Assembly: GCA_004764695.1 (NCBI GenBank)
Contig: SMSO01000032.1
Span: forward strand, 8,340,483-8,404,482
Direction: 5' to 3'
Length of the DNA: 64,000 nucleotides
Source: Schizochytrium sp. TIO01
Lineage: Eukaryota; Protista; Bigyra: Labyrinthulomycetes
The position numbers and the translations under genes are program-made. This document shows positions 1 through 11,025 of the stretch, piece after piece (the first letter of the stretch is position 1; each line of letters opens with the position of its first letter). A model generated the notes under the pieces. That model did no database searches, had not been told where the DNA came from, and saw only the letters and a program-made list of their open reading frames with translations.

Positions 1-1410
1 GCAGCGACACTTGATAGCCGCATTGCCGCTGCGCAGGCCAAACACATGCATTCAAAGGAACAGGATCGACTCAGGGAAGAACTTGAACACCGCGCAACAA
101 GCCAATCAGACCAAATCACACAGCTACGCGAAAAACTCAATCAACTCACCGCACAGATGGCAGATATGAGCCATAGCAGACTGCAACATGAAGCAGAGCT
201 CAAACGACAAGTTTCAGAAAATGCAACCCTTGTGGCGGAGAATTATAGACTCTCAACAGCGCTGTCAAACATGGATGAAATTAAGAAAAACCTAGAAACA
301 GAGAAGGACCACACAGCGTCAACCAAGGAGAGTCTCGAATCTGCTCTTCGTCTGAACGAAACTCGCGAAAAACAAATTAACGCTTTGCAAGAAGCCCTGC
401 AGGCTGAGCGCGTGAAGGCTACACGTATGGAAAATGCGCGTCTTCAAGAAATGGACCTCTTACGGCATCAAGTTGATAGTTTACAACAGCAATGCAAACA
501 GACAGAACGTCTTCGTGCAGAACAAGTAGCCTCATTTCAAGACCAACTTAAGGATCAACGGGCTCAAACCTTGCGACTCACGGAGGAACTAGCCCAAATC
601 GAAGGAAGGGCACAACAACCAAATCCTAGAAGCCCGGATTCCGAATATCATCAGGTTCGTTTCCAGGACCGATTTGGCACCAATCAAAATGAGTATAATG
701 ATTCGAAAGCATCGTGGAAACCACAGGGCAATTTTCAACGAGATTTTTGGTTTGATCCTGAAACTGAAAATTCTCCGAAACAAATGCAACAACGTAACTA
801 TATTTTCGACGACCAAAATCGTGTAGTAAACAAAGTCTTAATAGGAAAGCAACAAAGCCAATTGCCCGACACGTCCACGCGAAGACCTTCTTGGGGGTTG
901 CCGAATGTTGACCATCTATATATTAGTGATGAAATTGATATGCCAGCATTCTCCACATCTCGCTCTCAGAATCTCGCATGGTATAACAACCAGCCAGGTG
1001 AACGCGATCTTGAACGGTCGTTAGTTACGGATTATGTCTCTAGAGTACTTGACGAAACCAGAGAGCTTGATGACGAGGACAAAGAAGCTCGCATTCATAT
1101 CTCTAGACAGTTGGACGATGGACCTGTCAGCACTGCTACATCTGATACTGAACAGATCGCCGGGAAGAAAAAGTATATTAAAAAAATCGTGAAGAAAAAG
1201 AAGAAGCCAACGTCAAGCAAAACTAGTAACGGTAGACTGAGAGTAAGCAACAATAATGGCACCAATCGGTCATCTGCACAAGCATCACGCTCGGTTACAA
1301 AGCCTGTTCGAAATACATCAATACCGAAGAGTAAACAAGGTGTTCGTTCCCAATCTTCTTCCAACAGAGATCCTTATGAAAAGATGCAAACTCCACGATG
1401 GCGTTGTTGA
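1..1410 (+). CDS. Coiled-coil protein, 5'-partial, with a basic low-complexity C-terminal tail
   Basis: Frame is open from base 1 (GCA GCG ACA...) through ATG 46 to TGA 1410. Q/E/L/R-rich heptads over the first ~190 aa, then a disordered region with a KKIVKKKKK basic patch. Confidence 0.8.
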   Translation, partial: AATLDSRIAAAQAKHMHSKEQDRLREELEHRATSQSDQITQLREKLNQLTAQMADMSHSRLQHEAELKRQVSENATLVAENYRLSTALSNMDEIKKNLETEKDHTASTKESLESALRLNETREKQINALQEALQAERVKATRMENARLQEMDLLRHQVDSLQQQCKQTERLRAEQVASFQDQLKDQRAQTLRLTEELAQIEGRAQQPNPRSPDSEYHQVRFQDRFGTNQNEYNDSKASWKPQGNFQRDFWFDPETENSPKQMQQRNYIFDDQNRVVNKVLIGKQQSQLPDTSTRRPSWGLPNVDHLYISDEIDMPAFSTSRSQNLAWYNNQPGERDLERSLVTDYVSRVLDETRELDDEDKEARIHISRQLDDGPVSTATSDTEQIAGKKKYIKKIVKKKKKPTSSKTSNGRLRVSNNNGTNRSSAQASRSVTKPVRNTSIPKSKQGVRSQSSSNRDPYEKMQTPRWRC

Positions 1411-1591
1411 TAGCCAATGTCAGGATTCCCTGCTCTGCCTTGGTGCGCAGATGGATAAACCAGTACACATTGTATGATTTTACACTGTGCATGGAGAGAA
1501 ACCCAAGTAAATGCAGTGTTGTTTAGATTTCCAGCTAATTTAACGATAGAAACTGAGACTTTGTCAAATAGAAATTAAAAAAAGAGATTTG

Positions 1592-2745
1592 TTACATTTT
1601 GGATTTTTGGGTTTCCTTGATTGTTTCCATAACCTTTTCGATCACTGCAGGCTTTTTTTCAGGGCCATCCCGGCGCAAACGGATCAGGCCCTCTTGGCTC
1701 ACTGTCACTGCGAGAGTGCCATCACGACGATAAAGTTTACCAAAAGCAAGACCACGCTCATTATTTGCGCGAGGGCTATCCATCACGTACAGCATCCAAT
1801 CGTCCATACGAAATGAGGAGTGGAACCACATACTGTGGTCAAGCGACGCTACCATAGCCAAATCTTCGAATGGAACAGCACCTCTAGCGGTTGTGAGAAG
1901 ACCCATGTCGCTTGCGTACGCCAACACGCTACGGTGAACATTTACATCGTCCGGAAGCTTGGTTTTTGTTCGCATCCAAACAATCTGCCGGTGCTCGTGC
2001 GTGTACTTGGGATACTCAGGAGGGGAAAATGACTTTGGGTAAGGCATACCCTGGAAAAGGTCAGGCAAGAGCACAGCTCTAATGTCAATGGGTCCATCAC
2101 GCTTCGCGCGCATCTTCAACACCGGTTTGTAGCTCTCGGGGCAGCGCGGGTCTTCAATTACCTTTAAGAGGTACTCTTCCTGAGGCATTAAGCTTTCTGG
2201 ATTAGGTACCATGGGCATGACATCTTGGTGAAGCAAAGAAGAGAGCTTTGGCTTCTGGAAAGAGGCCAAAAGAACAAAGATTGGCCGCCCTCCTTGCTGT
2301 GCAGTGACTAGTCGAGTTGCAAAAGATTTACCATCTCGGAGGACAAGCACATGATAGATGATATCCGAGGTTTCCTTTCCTGCCCGTAGAAAGTAAGAAT
2401 GCATGCTGTGTAGCTCTTTGCCCTTTGGAACTGTACCGATAGCTGCAGCCAAGCTCTGGCCCATCACTTGGCCACCGAAAACACCGCGCTGGCCCGTTGG
2501 CCGCCAAAGCTCTTCCTTAGGTCCACGGTACAAACACTCGTCAATTTTGTCCAAAACAACAGGAGAAAAAGCCGCGGGCGGGGCGTTAGGTTCCCCCACA
2601 CGAGCTAGATCATTTTCGAATTCAAATTGCAAAAGCTAGAGTTAGACTTCCTTTTCTTTGTATCTTGCGTCCGGAGTGCTGCTTCTGGATGTTTCTACGG
2701 ATAATACTGTGCAAGAGCTTTACAGAATTAAACCAACTTACGCAT
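1592..2745 (-). CDS. ACOT8: Acyl-CoA thioesterase II (TesB/ACOT8 family), peroxisomal; two exons: 2745-2742 and 2604-1592
   Basis: Motifs VFGGQVMGQ, HSMHSYFLRAG, RDGKSFATR, LAYASD, ASLDHSMWFH, TVSQEGLIR; C-terminal SKM is PTS1-like. The track ORF starts at TTG after an in-frame TAG. Splicing ATGC|GTAAGT (2741) to CTAG| (2605) restores the frame: MPRVGEPNAPP. Confidence 0.93.
2605..2741 (-). other. Spliceosomal intron (137 nt) of the thioesterase gene
   Basis: GTAAGT donor, CTAAC branch-like motif at 2645-2641, CTAG acceptor; the phase-1 junction restores the reading frame. Confidence 0.8.
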
Positions 2746-4030
2746 TGCTTCAACGTCTGACTGCCCTGAGGCCTTCTCATCTTCAGGATCAACCTTGCCT
2801 GAAGGCGTGTATTTGAGGCTTTCGATACCCGGGTTGCTCATATTGCTCTGCCTTAGAGTCTCTTAAACGGATTATCTTTGGTATCCGCTACAGTCGCCAA
2901 CGAAGTTATGCCTTTGGCGATTCTTCGGGCTGTGTCAGCTGAAGGTTCGATGGTTCGCGCAAATTGAGACGAACTTGGGAAGCCTGGTTTACCTTGAACT
3001 GCCCTTTCAATCCTGCGTCAATGATGCTGCCACCACTACCTTTTTCTCCAAACGACGACTTCCCGAGTCTAAAGATCCTAAGGAGTTTTGCGCGTTCGCG
3101 TTTCTGCTTTGCAAACTGATCTCAGTAGCGAGATCAACTAACTTCGGCACTATTGCAAAGTCGAATTAGGATTTGATTGACTTTTCTAAGGTTTCCAAGT
3201 GGACATTCATTTTGTTTCCCAAGCTATAATACGAATTTAGCTAGTAATTCTATTTCCGATCGATCAATCTGATCTTTTAAAAAGGCTATCCAGGAATTAT
3301 TGCAATCACTTAGGTACCTACCTAGTACCAGACTAGTACTTATTAACCAGAATTACTTTAACGCGCAGCACAGTGCTTCGATTAAGTCCTAAGTTGTCAT
3401 TCATTCAAGTCTATTAGTATTGCGCAAGACCTGACGATCAACGTTTTGGTCTGCACTTTTTGAAGTCAAACTGTTCTGCTGTAGTGGAGAGTTGCGTTTT
3501 CATCCAATCTACTAGTTCACTATCCAGAAGCAACAACCCTTTAACATACAAGTCAAAATAAATTACTTCATATATGGAATGAGACCACGATAATCGTAGG
3601 TACAAGAAGTTAACGAACGAAATACGCAGAAATCTCGAATGTCAACATTGCTTGAAAACTACTCCTCATGTCTATTAAATACTCTAGGTGCTGCTCTCGG
3701 TATCAGAAACTGAATAAATACACACAACCATTAAAACCTAGAATAGATAAATCAATAATACGGATGGCTTCTTTTTTTAGTATCTCTTGTTTTACTGTCT
3801 GGCATCCACTAGGTTTCCAAAAAGTAGACAAGGGAATATAAATAAATATCTTCCTCATATTTAGTGCTTTTAGATTATATAGTCTAAGGTAGCACAAAAT
3901 GCAGGTGGGTTAATCATGACCTCTCCTTTAAATTGCTAGGCAGGGTCTAGATCTTCAGAAGCTTGCATGAGAAAGCAGCACACAGAAAGCTCAGTGATTT
4001 GGTTAAAAATGAATATAAACTAGTAACTGA

Positions 4031-7000
4031 TTATGACGAGGCTGCGGCGCTAGCTGCAATAAGACGTTCTAAGCGGTCACGAAGAGGAGACGCCTCTTCT
4101 TCAAGAGCAGCTGCTGTTTCAAAGTCTTCTTTGTCCACTGCGTTGGCGATGTCGGCATCTAATACATCGATCGCAGCTTGGAGTTCCTCCAAAGTCATGT
4201 TTTCTTCTTCATCTGCTTCTTCTTCTACTTCCTGCTCTTCCTCTACTCCCTCCACTCCACGTTGCTCAGCGTCATCTGCAGTATCACTGCCCTTGGAAAC
4301 CAAGCCTTCATCGTCATCCATCTCCCCGTCGTCACTCTTGCGGACCACATCTTTTTCACCGTTGACAGAGTCCACGGCTGCATCTTCATCTGCACTACCT
4401 GTCCGAGCATCGTCTGTGGCATGGTTCTCGTCCCCGTCTACAGCTGAACCCTCGTCAGCGCTTGTGGCATCCTGGTCTTTCTGATGCAGTTGTACCTCAC
4501 CGATATCTTCTTCACTTGGAAGCACCGCAAGTGATTCGTCACCACAAATCTTCACAGAGATTGCCTTAGCCTCTTCCTCACAAGCTGAAGCCTCAGCTTC
4601 CAAAATAAAGAGCACAGTTTCACCAAATGTATTCGGTTCTACTGATCCGGACAAGCGTACTTCAGCCTGTGTTGACCGCAGCGAAAGCCGTTTCGCATTG
4701 AGGGATGAAAGGGTGGCACGATTAACACTGTCTTGCATACCCTTGATGGCCTCAACAAGTTCCTTCACCATCTCAGCCTTACTCTCAATCTGCTCCCGAA
4801 TTTCATTCGACTTGCTCTTGATCTCATCTATTTCTGCTTCTACAGCCTCCTTCTCAGCGGTAACTTCCTTGATGACTGTATTAAGGCGACCAGCTTCCTT
4901 GAAGTTGCGTGAAGATACAGCCAGGCGCTTTTGTTCGTTGAGGGCTGGCAATTTACTATCAATATCAAATTGGCGACGACCAAGATCTGTAAGTTGCTGT
5001 TCGAGCTCTTGAGCTTTACGTGAGTTGAAATCAATATTTTGGCGAGCCACGTGAACGTCATCCTCCATCTTACGCATCTTGTTAGCTGCTACAGCTGCTT
5101 CATCAGCCTCATTATCGTCACCATCACCGTTAGTATCCAGGCCATCATGGCTCTGGCGCAATCTGTTCGCAATCTTTTCTAAGATTGTGAGCTGAGCATT
5201 AATCTCGGCAGCGGACTGTTCTAGCATAGCAACCTTTTCCTCAGTTGTTTGTTTACGCTCCTCAATTATATCACGAGAAGTCTGAATTGCCTGAGCCCGG
5301 GCCTCAGCGGCCTCTTGTTTCTGAATAACGTGCGAACGGCGATCATCAAGCTCATTAAGGCGAGTTTCATACTTTGAGCGGACAGCTTGAATTCCAGAAT
5401 TCACTTCGTCTAGGTGCGTCACAAGTCCATCGCGCTCCTCGCGTTTTTCTGCAAGCTGGCGCTCAAGTTCCGCAATCTCGTCATCTACGGCAGCTATTTT
5501 TTCTTCCCAGCCTTGACGCTGTTCACGAAGGTCTACAGTACCAGCATCAACTCGCGTATTGATCTGATCAAGCTCTCGCTGAGCCACCTCAAGATCGCTT
5601 TCAATACCTTCCATGTCAATGCGCAAGAGATCCTCCTGCTCGTCAAGCTCACGTGTCTCCTCGGCAGCCCTAACGGCAGTTGACTCAGCAAGCTCCTTCG
5701 CCTTGGACGACTCCTTCTTACAGCAGTCGCTCAAAAGGTCAGAAATAACATCAATACTTTGGACCTGGTCGTTAAAAATCTTTGCCTTTTGCGTACGAAG
5801 CTCGTCTAGCCGTCTCTTCAAATATAATTTCCGGCTATCAACTTCGTCAACAGACCTTCCAACAGCATCAATCGTACGCTGGAGTTTATCAGCCTTCTCA
5901 AAATCTTCTGCAGCAAGAGCAGCATTTTGTTCCTCTTCCAACGCCTTGACGCGCTCTGCGAGATCATGCGATTCCTCCGCATTGCGCTCAAGAGATTCCA
6001 AAGTCGATGCTGTCTCATCGTTGACACGTGCAAGACCCTTGGAAAACTGGTCCGCACCCCTTCGAAAGGCACGCAAAAGCTCGCCAAGTTCACCAAGATC
6101 AGAATCATCTTGTTCACTCTGTTTGCTTTGCTGAGCTTCTTTCTCAGCAACCTGAACGGTTTTAGGCTCCTCCTTTGTAAGACTACTTCTAGCATCTTCA
6201 CTTTCAGTAGGCTCATCACCTTTAGCTGATTCAATCGCTGATTCAGAAGCTGAGTTGCTCGTCTGTTGGATGAATGAAAATCCTCCAGCAGTTGAAGTTG
6301 ATGATGGCTTATCATCGTCCCGAGGGTTATATTCATCCCTGTACTCCTCAACAGGTGCCATGGCCTCATGAATTGGGCCGATGCCATCTGCGTTGACGTT
6401 ATCATCATCGTCGATGTCTTGCTCCTGGTCGATATCCTCCCCAACATGGCTCGGTGCGAGCGAGCTCGTTTCGGACATTGCTTCTGATCCTCCGTCATAT
6501 CTTGCAAAACCAGGCTTCCTGGAGCTGCGTTTCTTCTTGATCTTAGGTACTCGGATCACAGCCGTCGGTGCAAGAAGATCAGCATCGGCGCTAGCAGCCA
6601 TTGCAGATGCTAAGGCACTAGCACTGTGGTCACCATGGACACTTGAGCCCGAAGCCTGAGATCCCTCAAATCCTTGGCTGTGGTTTTGGTTCTGAGTTGA
6701 GTTGTTCACCATAAACGAAAATGAAGATGGGGGATACGCAGTAGATCCAGTTTCTGAAGAAGCGTAGGCGCCACTATCTTCGCCAAGATCAACATTATCG
6801 ACTGAAGAGTTTGCATTCGACGAGCTTGAGAGAAAACCAAATCCAGAGGTCGACGTAGATGTCACATGCTTGTCCTTCGTGGCCAAGTAATCGCCATCTT
6901 CTACACCGCTGATCTCATTTTGAAGTCCTTCAGGATCTTCATTACGGTCATAATCGTTGTCATAATTGTTCTCTGAATTGCGGCTAACAAGGCTAGCTCC

Positions 7001-7252
7001 GTTTCCGCCCTCGACACTATCCTCAGGCTCATCACGAGCGGGCGTGCCAGTTCCAGTGCCCGAGTTAGCGAACGAGGAAACAGAATTCATGAAATTGAAG
7101 CCGCTAGGTGCAGCCCCTGACTGCGGTGCTGCAGAGGAGCCATCAGGGAGGGCCGAGGCTTTTGCGGGAGGTACGTCCTCACCGCGTGGCGGCTGATGAG
7201 CCGCCCCCGCCTTCTGGCTCACGCGCAGGTTGAGGCCGCCGAAGAGACTCAT
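4031..7252 (-). CDS. Large acidic coiled-coil protein with three UVR (UvrB/UvrC)-like motifs
   Basis: 1073-aa ORF. Motifs AALAAEDFEKADKL, LAVSSRNFKEAGRL and NAVDKEDFETAAAL. Disordered N-terminus with repeated FxF motifs (GFNFM, GFGFL, SFSFM, GFSFI). Confidence 0.85.
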   Translation of the reverse strand: MSLFGGLNLRVSQKAGAAHQPPRGEDVPPAKASALPDGSSAAPQSGAAPSGFNFMNSVSSFANSGTGTGTPARDEPEDSVEGGNGASLVSRNSENNYDNDYDRNEDPEGLQNEISGVEDGDYLATKDKHVTSTSTSGFGFLSSSSNANSSVDNVDLGEDSGAYASSETGSTAYPPSSFSFMVNNSTQNQNHSQGFEGSQASGSSVHGDHSASALASAMAASADADLLAPTAVIRVPKIKKKRSSRKPGFARYDGGSEAMSETSSLAPSHVGEDIDQEQDIDDDDNVNADGIGPIHEAMAPVEEYRDEYNPRDDDKPSSTSTAGGFSFIQQTSNSASESAIESAKGDEPTESEDARSSLTKEEPKTVQVAEKEAQQSKQSEQDDSDLGELGELLRAFRRGADQFSKGLARVNDETASTLESLERNAEESHDLAERVKALEEEQNAALAAEDFEKADKLQRTIDAVGRSVDEVDSRKLYLKRRLDELRTQKAKIFNDQVQSIDVISDLLSDCCKKESSKAKELAESTAVRAAEETRELDEQEDLLRIDMEGIESDLEVAQRELDQINTRVDAGTVDLREQRQGWEEKIAAVDDEIAELERQLAEKREERDGLVTHLDEVNSGIQAVRSKYETRLNELDDRRSHVIQKQEAAEARAQAIQTSRDIIEERKQTTEEKVAMLEQSAAEINAQLTILEKIANRLRQSHDGLDTNGDGDDNEADEAAVAANKMRKMEDDVHVARQNIDFNSRKAQELEQQLTDLGRRQFDIDSKLPALNEQKRLAVSSRNFKEAGRLNTVIKEVTAEKEAVEAEIDEIKSKSNEIREQIESKAEMVKELVEAIKGMQDSVNRATLSSLNAKRLSLRSTQAEVRLSGSVEPNTFGETVLFILEAEASACEEEAKAISVKICGDESLAVLPSEEDIGEVQLHQKDQDATSADEGSAVDGDENHATDDARTGSADEDAAVDSVNGEKDVVRKSDDGEMDDDEGLVSKGSDTADDAEQRGVEGVEEEQEVEEEADEEENMTLEELQAAIDVLDADIANAVDKEDFETAAALEEEASPLRDRLERLIAASAAASS

Positions 7253-8000
7253 AGCAACAAGTTGGCAATTTGTTCACTCTTCGTCTCTCCATGGCTTCAC
7301 AATCTATTCTTTTTATTGAAATCTTTATCCTACCATGTACTACTAACAATAGATACTCACCCTCATTCACCCTCATTCAGACTTAGCCCAGCAACACTAC
7401 TTTAAGATATTTGTTGGAAGTAGTAGGCAGACTTATTTTACACCAAAACATTAGTACGACGAATGTAAATCGAAGTACCTCGTATAGGTCATCTATGCTG
7501 CTCTTCGCAGTACAAGAAGGGCCCACCATCATGATTTGAGAGAGGAAAAGCACAAAATGATTGCAAAAAAGGCTTCGGTCGGCTTATCAGCTAAGCTTAC
7601 TGGTGGTCATGCCATGGACTGCTTTCAGAGACGGCGAATTGAAGAATCGATAATGATAGATTCGAAAAGTTTACAGAAGGCTTGGAAAGTAGTTCGTAGC
7701 CAAAATTGACCAATAACGAAGGTGTAAGCAGAGACATCTGCAAGGTAGCAGGTAGCTGTTTTATCGTGAGGAAAGTCTGGATGACATCTATACTTTGGAG
7801 AATTTGAAGATATAGATTTATTACAAAAGAATGTGAACTTGGAGTTATCTTTCGATTATGATTGTGTCGGTTTTGGAAACGAATACAAGTCATTCAACCG
7901 AACCTAGTTGAATACAGAAACTCAAACAAGGGTTTTTACTGCCTCTCAGTCAGAAATATTCTTATGTAAGGTGTAATGTGCGCAAGAAGTATTTCAAAAT

Positions 8001-9164
8001 TCAGAAATCGCCATTTTCATTTTCATCTTGGTCAGAGTCATCATTGTCCTCATCATCATCGTTCCCTTGGTTGTCTTCGTCTTCGCAATTTGAGCCTGCG
8101 CAGCTAGCACTATATGTAGGTTGTGGAGTAACAGTTGACGGTGGGGGTGTGGTAGCATGTCCCTTGTTGGGCTTTTTAGTGGGGGTTTGGGTTGGCTGAT
8201 TCGAGGGACTCGACAGAGGAGCAGAGGTCGATGTGCTTGGCGTGCTAGGGCTCACAGTAGGCACCAGAGCCGATGGAGCCACTGTAGGTGAGTTAAAGCT
8301 TGTGGGACCTGATGAGGTTGGCGCTGTCACTGGTTGAACGGAAGGTATCGTAGTTGATGGTGTCGAGGTAGCTCCAATTGAGGGTGCCCTGCTAGAACTT
8401 GGATTAAATGTAAACGTGTCAATCTGGGATGGCGCAAGGGTTAATGAATCTGTGGGTGAAATTGTGGAACTCACACCTAGTGAAGGATTCATTGTTGGAA
8501 TAGGGGGTTGCGTAGAGCTTACACTTGGACTTTCTGTTTGAGTGTGAAACGTCGGCGAAGGGTTGGCGGGGCTTTGTGTAGGTGTTTGGGAATCATCTTC
8601 AGATACAACAGGACTAGAGGTTGATAATGTAGATGGGGATTTCGGAGAAGTAGTAGGTGTTCCAGTTGGACTAGATGAGGTTAGTAAAAATGTGTTTGGC
8701 ACTGGAGTTGGACCGTGCGAGCCCGTTGATATTGAGAATGGATTCAAGGTTGGTACATGTGTTGGATATTCTAATAGAGTGGGAGAAGATGTATGCGAGG
8801 GTGGGATCGAAGATACTACTGGCATTAGTGTTGGCAGGCTCCCAGGCTGTTGACTCCCGTCATCGCCGTTGTCCTCAGAAGGGGCAGACGTGACTGGTTC
8901 TTCTGTTGGAGCGCTGTCACTCCATGTCGGTGCCAACGTTTCTGGTACCAGTTCTCCGCTAACTTCACTTGAACCTGAGCTCTCCAAGATTGCCCCGCGT
9001 TTTGTTGTTAAAGCAACACCGACGGCTGTACCCACGAATGCAATCAAAAGCAATGTTAAAGCTGCAATCAAAAGGTTTTGCTTGGTTTGTTTTGGGTTGT
9101 TATACGTTCCGCGCGGGGGAACTCCAGCGATAGGCGCATGGATGCCTTCAATGTCGTCACTCAT
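8001..9164 (-). CDS. Ser/Thr/Pro-rich mucin-like type II membrane protein
   Basis: First ATG at 9164 (MSDDIEG). Single hydrophobic segment LLIAALTLLLIAFVGTAVGVAL, then TxAP/PTxSP repeats and an acidic tail. Confidence 0.8.
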   Translation of the reverse strand: MSDDIEGIHAPIAGVPPRGTYNNPKQTKQNLLIAALTLLLIAFVGTAVGVALTTKRGAILESSGSSEVSGELVPETLAPTWSDSAPTEEPVTSAPSEDNGDDGSQQPGSLPTLMPVVSSIPPSHTSSPTLLEYPTHVPTLNPFSISTGSHGPTPVPNTFLLTSSSPTGTPTTSPKSPSTLSTSSPVVSEDDSQTPTQSPANPSPTFHTQTESPSVSSTQPPIPTMNPSLGVSSTISPTDSLTLAPSQIDTFTFNPSSSRAPSIGATSTPSTTIPSVQPVTAPTSSGPTSFNSPTVAPSALVPTVSPSTPSTSTSAPLSSPSNQPTQTPTKKPNKGHATTPPPSTVTPQPTYSASCAGSNCEDEDNQGNDDDEDNDDSDQDENENGDF

Positions 9165-11025
9165 AGCTTTTGTTTTCGTTCCAGAGCAAAACCTCACTAC
9201 AGTAGCTTAAGAACAAACAACTTGTTCTTTCTCTACGAATGTGTAGCAAACGCCCTAGAATTTTGCAGAGTACATTCGGTCCTCTGACCTTGCGCCTAGC
9301 TCAATGCACGTCTGGCACTTCCTCTCCAAGTCCTCTCCAGAGCTACCGCCTGGCCACTCCAACAATGAAACTCTCCTTTGCAGTTCTGCTTGCAACAAAT
9401 CCTTTGCCCAGTCAAAGTTTGCTAACCTGCCAGAAACTCCCTTTCCAGCAAATATCATTGAGTGTGCACATTTTAAAAAACAATATGCTGATGTCAGAAC
9501 CACAGTTGAGCTTTAAATACCCCTTTTGAATAACACATCACTGAAAATACTGGAATTTAATATGCATCACCTTCGATCCTCAGTCTTAGTACTGTCAGTG
9601 ATCCCTTCCGACGCTATGCGCAAGGCAGCCTTTCGGAAGTACTTAGAGACTTCATAGCTAAAGGTGTTGCTCCTCGCAACGCCTGGCTCTTCGCCTAGAG
9701 GTTACTTCACACGCACGTGCACGAACCAGACTACGTGCATTACCCCTTTATAAACCAATCAAATTAAAACCAACTTTTATTCACCTTTTGCTAAAATGTG
9801 AGACGACATAATTATGTGTGCAATGACCGAGAGAGCATTTTTAACCCAGAATCTTGTCACTGTAGATGCCTACGGTGCCTCTTGTTCGGTTCTCGATTGA
9901 AAAGTGCCATGGCATCGTTCGCCTTCCAGAGCTACCATGGGTTGACAAGCATCATCCTCTCTATCGTTCTAAATCAGTCACGCACGACCATTGTGTGTAC
10001 TATTGATGTGGCGCCCAGATCTTCATTGGCCGGCTTTCCCAAAGCATGCACACACCCTCTTTGGTATCCTGTCCAAGTTTAAGTTGTGCACAATTACTAT
10101 CTATCTATTCATAATGCTGATTGCCAGACCTCCAAGATTTGGAGGACATGCATACACTGACCGTCACCATCCTCTCTGAATCGGCACTTCTTCGACCTTC
10201 ATTTCGTGTCTCCCGTGCGGGCTCTGCTAGCGGAGCTACAAAGCTTGATTTGATGCCTGAATTGGTGCTAGTTCAATTGCCTGCGGGACGTACCCACTAG
10301 TTTGCTTTGTTCCTAAAGAAGAAACTAACGTTGTGTCCGCTGCACGTGCTGCCGAAAGGGTTTTGTTTACTTTATCTTCACAAAACTCAATCTGATGCAT
10401 AGCTGTGATTTGCAAAGCGAGCATTCCTGAACTGAGTCAGTGGACAAATTTCGATTTCAAGCACCCCGCGCGGCTCGCACAAAGTGTATGTCCCGCACAC
10501 GTGCCTTTGGCAAGATCGCAAGAAGCAAAGCGGCTCGCGGAAAGTGGCGAAATTTTGTAGTCTTAAAAGGAACGCGCTAGTTTAGAACAGAACGAAGGAC
10601 GGCGAACCCAACGGATTTATGGAGATTGAGAGCGCGAAGAAGGGTGTGCGAAATGAGCAGCGAATGTGAATGAATGAAAAAAATTGAAAATGTATGTATA
10701 TAATATACACAAGATGCAGGTATGTTTAGGTATTCTGCATTAAGAGAAATTATGAAAATTTCCAAAGTATCTCTTGCAGCGAAGCTATTGAGAATATGAG
10801 ATCATTGTTGTGAAAGGTGAACAGCTTACCTAGGACGACAGTGGAGAGGCGCTGTGTTGCGAGCGCTGCGAGTCGTGTGGAACGCAATCTCGCAGGTGGC
10901 TGTAAGGCCTGCTCCTTGCACGTTTTGCCGAGCACCTTGGCAACCTCTGACCTGAAAATAGGTAATAAACCTGTGTGGCGCACGTGGTGAGCTTCGAGTC
11001 TGTTTGGCCATCAATCACCAATACC

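Noticed and set aside
3963-7196. Multiple + strand Ser-rich ORFs (e.g. 3963-4484, 5613-6134)
   Set aside because: Antisense shadows of the Glu/Asp-rich 1073-aa gene.
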